A program made the translations under genes and the position numbers. Shown here in pieces: positions 62,352 through 64,000 of a DNA stretch of 64,000 bases. Under the pieces are notes generated by a model that was not told the origin of the DNA, did no database searches, and saw only the letters and a list, made by a program, of their open reading frames with translations. Location of the stretch: the NCBI GenBank assembly GCA_017505745.1, contig JAFVOP010000031.1:50712-114711 (forward strand). Reading direction: 5' to 3'. The first letter of the stretch is position 1; each line of letters starts with the position of its first letter. This stretch comes from Clostridia bacterium (GTDB lineage Bacteria > Bacillota > Clostridia > Oscillospirales > CAG-272).

Positions 62352-63386
62352 ATGAAAAAAGTACACGGTTTAGTCCTGTTTTTTTGTTGTGCCATTCTTT
62401 TTGTTTTAGGTGGCTGTCAAACACAAGACTCTCCCACGGATGTATCAAATTCAGAAAGTTCGAACTTTGAGGAGTATATCGATACTCAAAAAAGTTCAGA
62501 ATCCGAGAAATCAACAGCTGACCCAAATGTAAAGTTGAATTTTGAAATGCAGGTAACAACCACTTTTGAGGATCCTTCAATTTTTTTGAATGTGGAGCGC
62601 GTTTCGGCCTTTGACGGTGATGTTTGCACGGATCATGAACCTTTAAAAACACTTCAAATGACAATTTTGGGAGTTCCCTATACTTTGATTTATCAAAGCT
62701 CCGGAATATATGGAAAATCCGGGATTCATTTTCATGAATATCGTTTGGAGGGTACAGAGAAGGGAAAAGTGGCAATTCACGCGGATACGGGTGAAATAAT
62801 CAAATATACCAGAGTTCCATATTTCGCAAATTTGACTACTGAATCAGATTACGTTGATTTCATCAAAAATATTGCCGGAGAAAAATATGAACTGGATTCG
62901 TACGAGTATCGAACTTCTACATGGTATTTTTCAGATACCTATGAGAATGGGGTTCCGTACCATAGAAGCCGGGAAGTGAATGGCTTTTATATTTGCGGAG
63001 AAAATGAGCGTGTAAAGTCACATAGCTTTAATTATATAAAAACGGTAGGGGGCATTGATACGAATGAGTTGATTGAAACAGAGTTTTACGTTGAAGATCA
63101 AGTGCTCTCTCTGGTAATGTTCGATATACACTACGAGGAAAACATATTTTCCAATTTGTTGGAACATTGGGAGAAGTTTGAATTTTCTTTGGATGAGTAT
63201 ATTCACGCTCACTTGCATCCTCGCGTTCTCTCTTTAAACTCAATGAATGCTGGCCACACATTGTTTGTAAAGGGAGACCAACTTTATGTGTTATCGGTGA
63301 TTACTGTTTCGATTGATATGGAAGGTGTGTCTGACTTTTATACCGGTGCATACATAGTTACGCAGGTAATTGAAACTCCTGATTAG
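62352..63386 (+). CDS. Lipoprotein of unknown function (344 aa)
   Basis: MKKVHGLVLFFCCAILFVLGGC lipobox. Low GC. Lies 20 nt after the stop of the large exported protein. Confidence 0.6.
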   Translation: MKKVHGLVLFFCCAILFVLGGCQTQDSPTDVSNSESSNFEEYIDTQKSSESEKSTADPNVKLNFEMQVTTTFEDPSIFLNVERVSAFDGDVCTDHEPLKTLQMTILGVPYTLIYQSSGIYGKSGIHFHEYRLEGTEKGKVAIHADTGEIIKYTRVPYFANLTTESDYVDFIKNIAGEKYELDSYEYRTSTWYFSDTYENGVPYHRSREVNGFYICGENERVKSHSFNYIKTVGGIDTNELIETEFYVEDQVLSLVMFDIHYEENIFSNLLEHWEKFEFSLDEYIHAHLHPRVLSLNSMNAGHTLFVKGDQLYVLSVITVSIDMEGVSDFYTGAYIVTQVIETPD

Positions 63387-63394
63387 AGATAACT

Positions 63395-63424
63395 CCCCGC
63401 CGCCCGCATTGTGGGCGGCGGGGG
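63395..63424 (+). terminator. GC-rich hairpin after the lipoprotein gene (no T-tract)
   Basis: CCCCGCCGCCC-gcattgt-GGGCGGCGGGG. Confidence 0.4.
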
Positions 63425-63508
63425 AACCGGGGAATTTCTATTTGAACCCCACAGATATCAATCATTTGCGCCAAATATACAACTTGCTATACCGGGAGGT
63501 GAACTAAG

Positions 63509-64000
63509 ATGAAAAAATTTTTATGCATTCTACTTTCCATATGGATGGTACTTGCTTTTGCCGGATGTGATCCGAATAACGGAAACGATATCGATACGAG
63601 CTCGGACACCGAATCGGATACGATGAAGGATACCAACACCGAAACGGAGAGTGTAGAAGATACGGAAATTGAATCCGGAATAGGGACAAAGGATCCAACT
63701 CGCCCGGACTATTCCTTGATTACCGTTGATGGCAATCATTATTTGGTGTTTGATAATGTTTTAAATCATACGTATACGTACCCCCCTCAGGAGGCTTGGG
63801 TGATGTTTGATTCTATAACAGAGTGGAAGGATCACGTAACCAAAGGTACTCTGTCGGATTATGCCAAAGCAATCATTGTGGTTGCTTTTGAGAAAAACGA
63901 TATTGGATTTAAAATTTGCAATTTTAACAATCTGTTTGTTCCGGTCTTGCCCGAGGATGTGGTTTCTTCGACGGTTCGTTGGTGGAGCGAATCATACTCG
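63509..64000 (+). CDS. Second lipoprotein of unknown function, 3' end outside window (not in ORF track)
   Basis: GGGAGG SD 9 nt upstream. MKKFLCILLSIWMVLAFAGC lipobox, an acidic Thr/Asp/Glu linker, and an open frame for 164 codons to the window end. Confidence 0.6.
   Translation, partial: MKKFLCILLSIWMVLAFAGCDPNNGNDIDTSSDTESDTMKDTNTETESVEDTEIESGIGTKDPTRPDYSLITVDGNHYLVFDNVLNHTYTYPPQEAWVMFDSITEWKDHVTKGTLSDYAKAIIVVAFEKNDIGFKICNFNNLFVPVLPEDVVSSTVRWWSESYS

Overview
Chromosomal window from a high-GC (about 60% in spot counts of single 60-nt lines) spore-forming Clostridia-type Firmicute. That assignment is inferred from GerA/SpoVAF-like, SpoVT, SCIFF, S21 and TldD/PmbA genes. The window is punctuated by low-GC accessory segments. 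Core genes: murD 3' end, DUF975 membrane protein, YnbB-type PLP enzyme, GT28 glycolipid transferase, rpsU, dusB, GerA-family protein, BspA-type LRR protein, DUF1015-like protein, TldD/PmbA, HIT, FkbM methyltransferase, tRNA-Thr(UGU) and tRNA-Tyr(GUA), SpoVT, a 4Fe-4S protein and a GH78-like hydrolase. Notable modules: (i) A three-gene HprK-related kinase / PqqD / S24-peptidase operon (8.3-9.7 kb) with no precursor, cyclase or radical-SAM partner nearby, followed by an exported MBL-fold protein with GLUG-like repeats. (ii) A SCIFF ranthipeptide operon (23.4-26.5 kb) whose 50-aa precursor (26324..26476, minus strand) is missing from the ORF track. (iii) A 22.6-kb polysaccharide island of about 35-40% GC (29.3-51.9 kb), bracketed by decayed IS30 and IS3 transposase genes. 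It holds a Wzx/Wzy-type pathway, an unusual block (TagF-like, LicD, GNAT, HisC-like, TagD-oxidoreductase fusion), and a sugar-1-kinase/nucleotidyltransferase pair beside a decayed UDP-glucuronate 4-epimerase. (iv) A three-copy ~145-bp structured intergenic element with a covarying terminal hairpin; one copy lies inside a ~490-bp MITE-like insertion bounded by terminal inverted repeats and a target-site duplication. (v) Two dyad-symmetric arrays of GTGAWATT octamers interleaved with mini-hairpins, at the borders of low-GC segments. (vi) A 1095-aa exported DNRLRE/ricin-type protein whose last ~1.3 kb, together with two downstream lipoprotein genes, drops sharply in GC, suggesting a cassette-like 3' replacement. 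No CRISPR array, rRNA, integrase or intact transposase was seen. All functional calls rest on motif recognition by eye, not on database searches.
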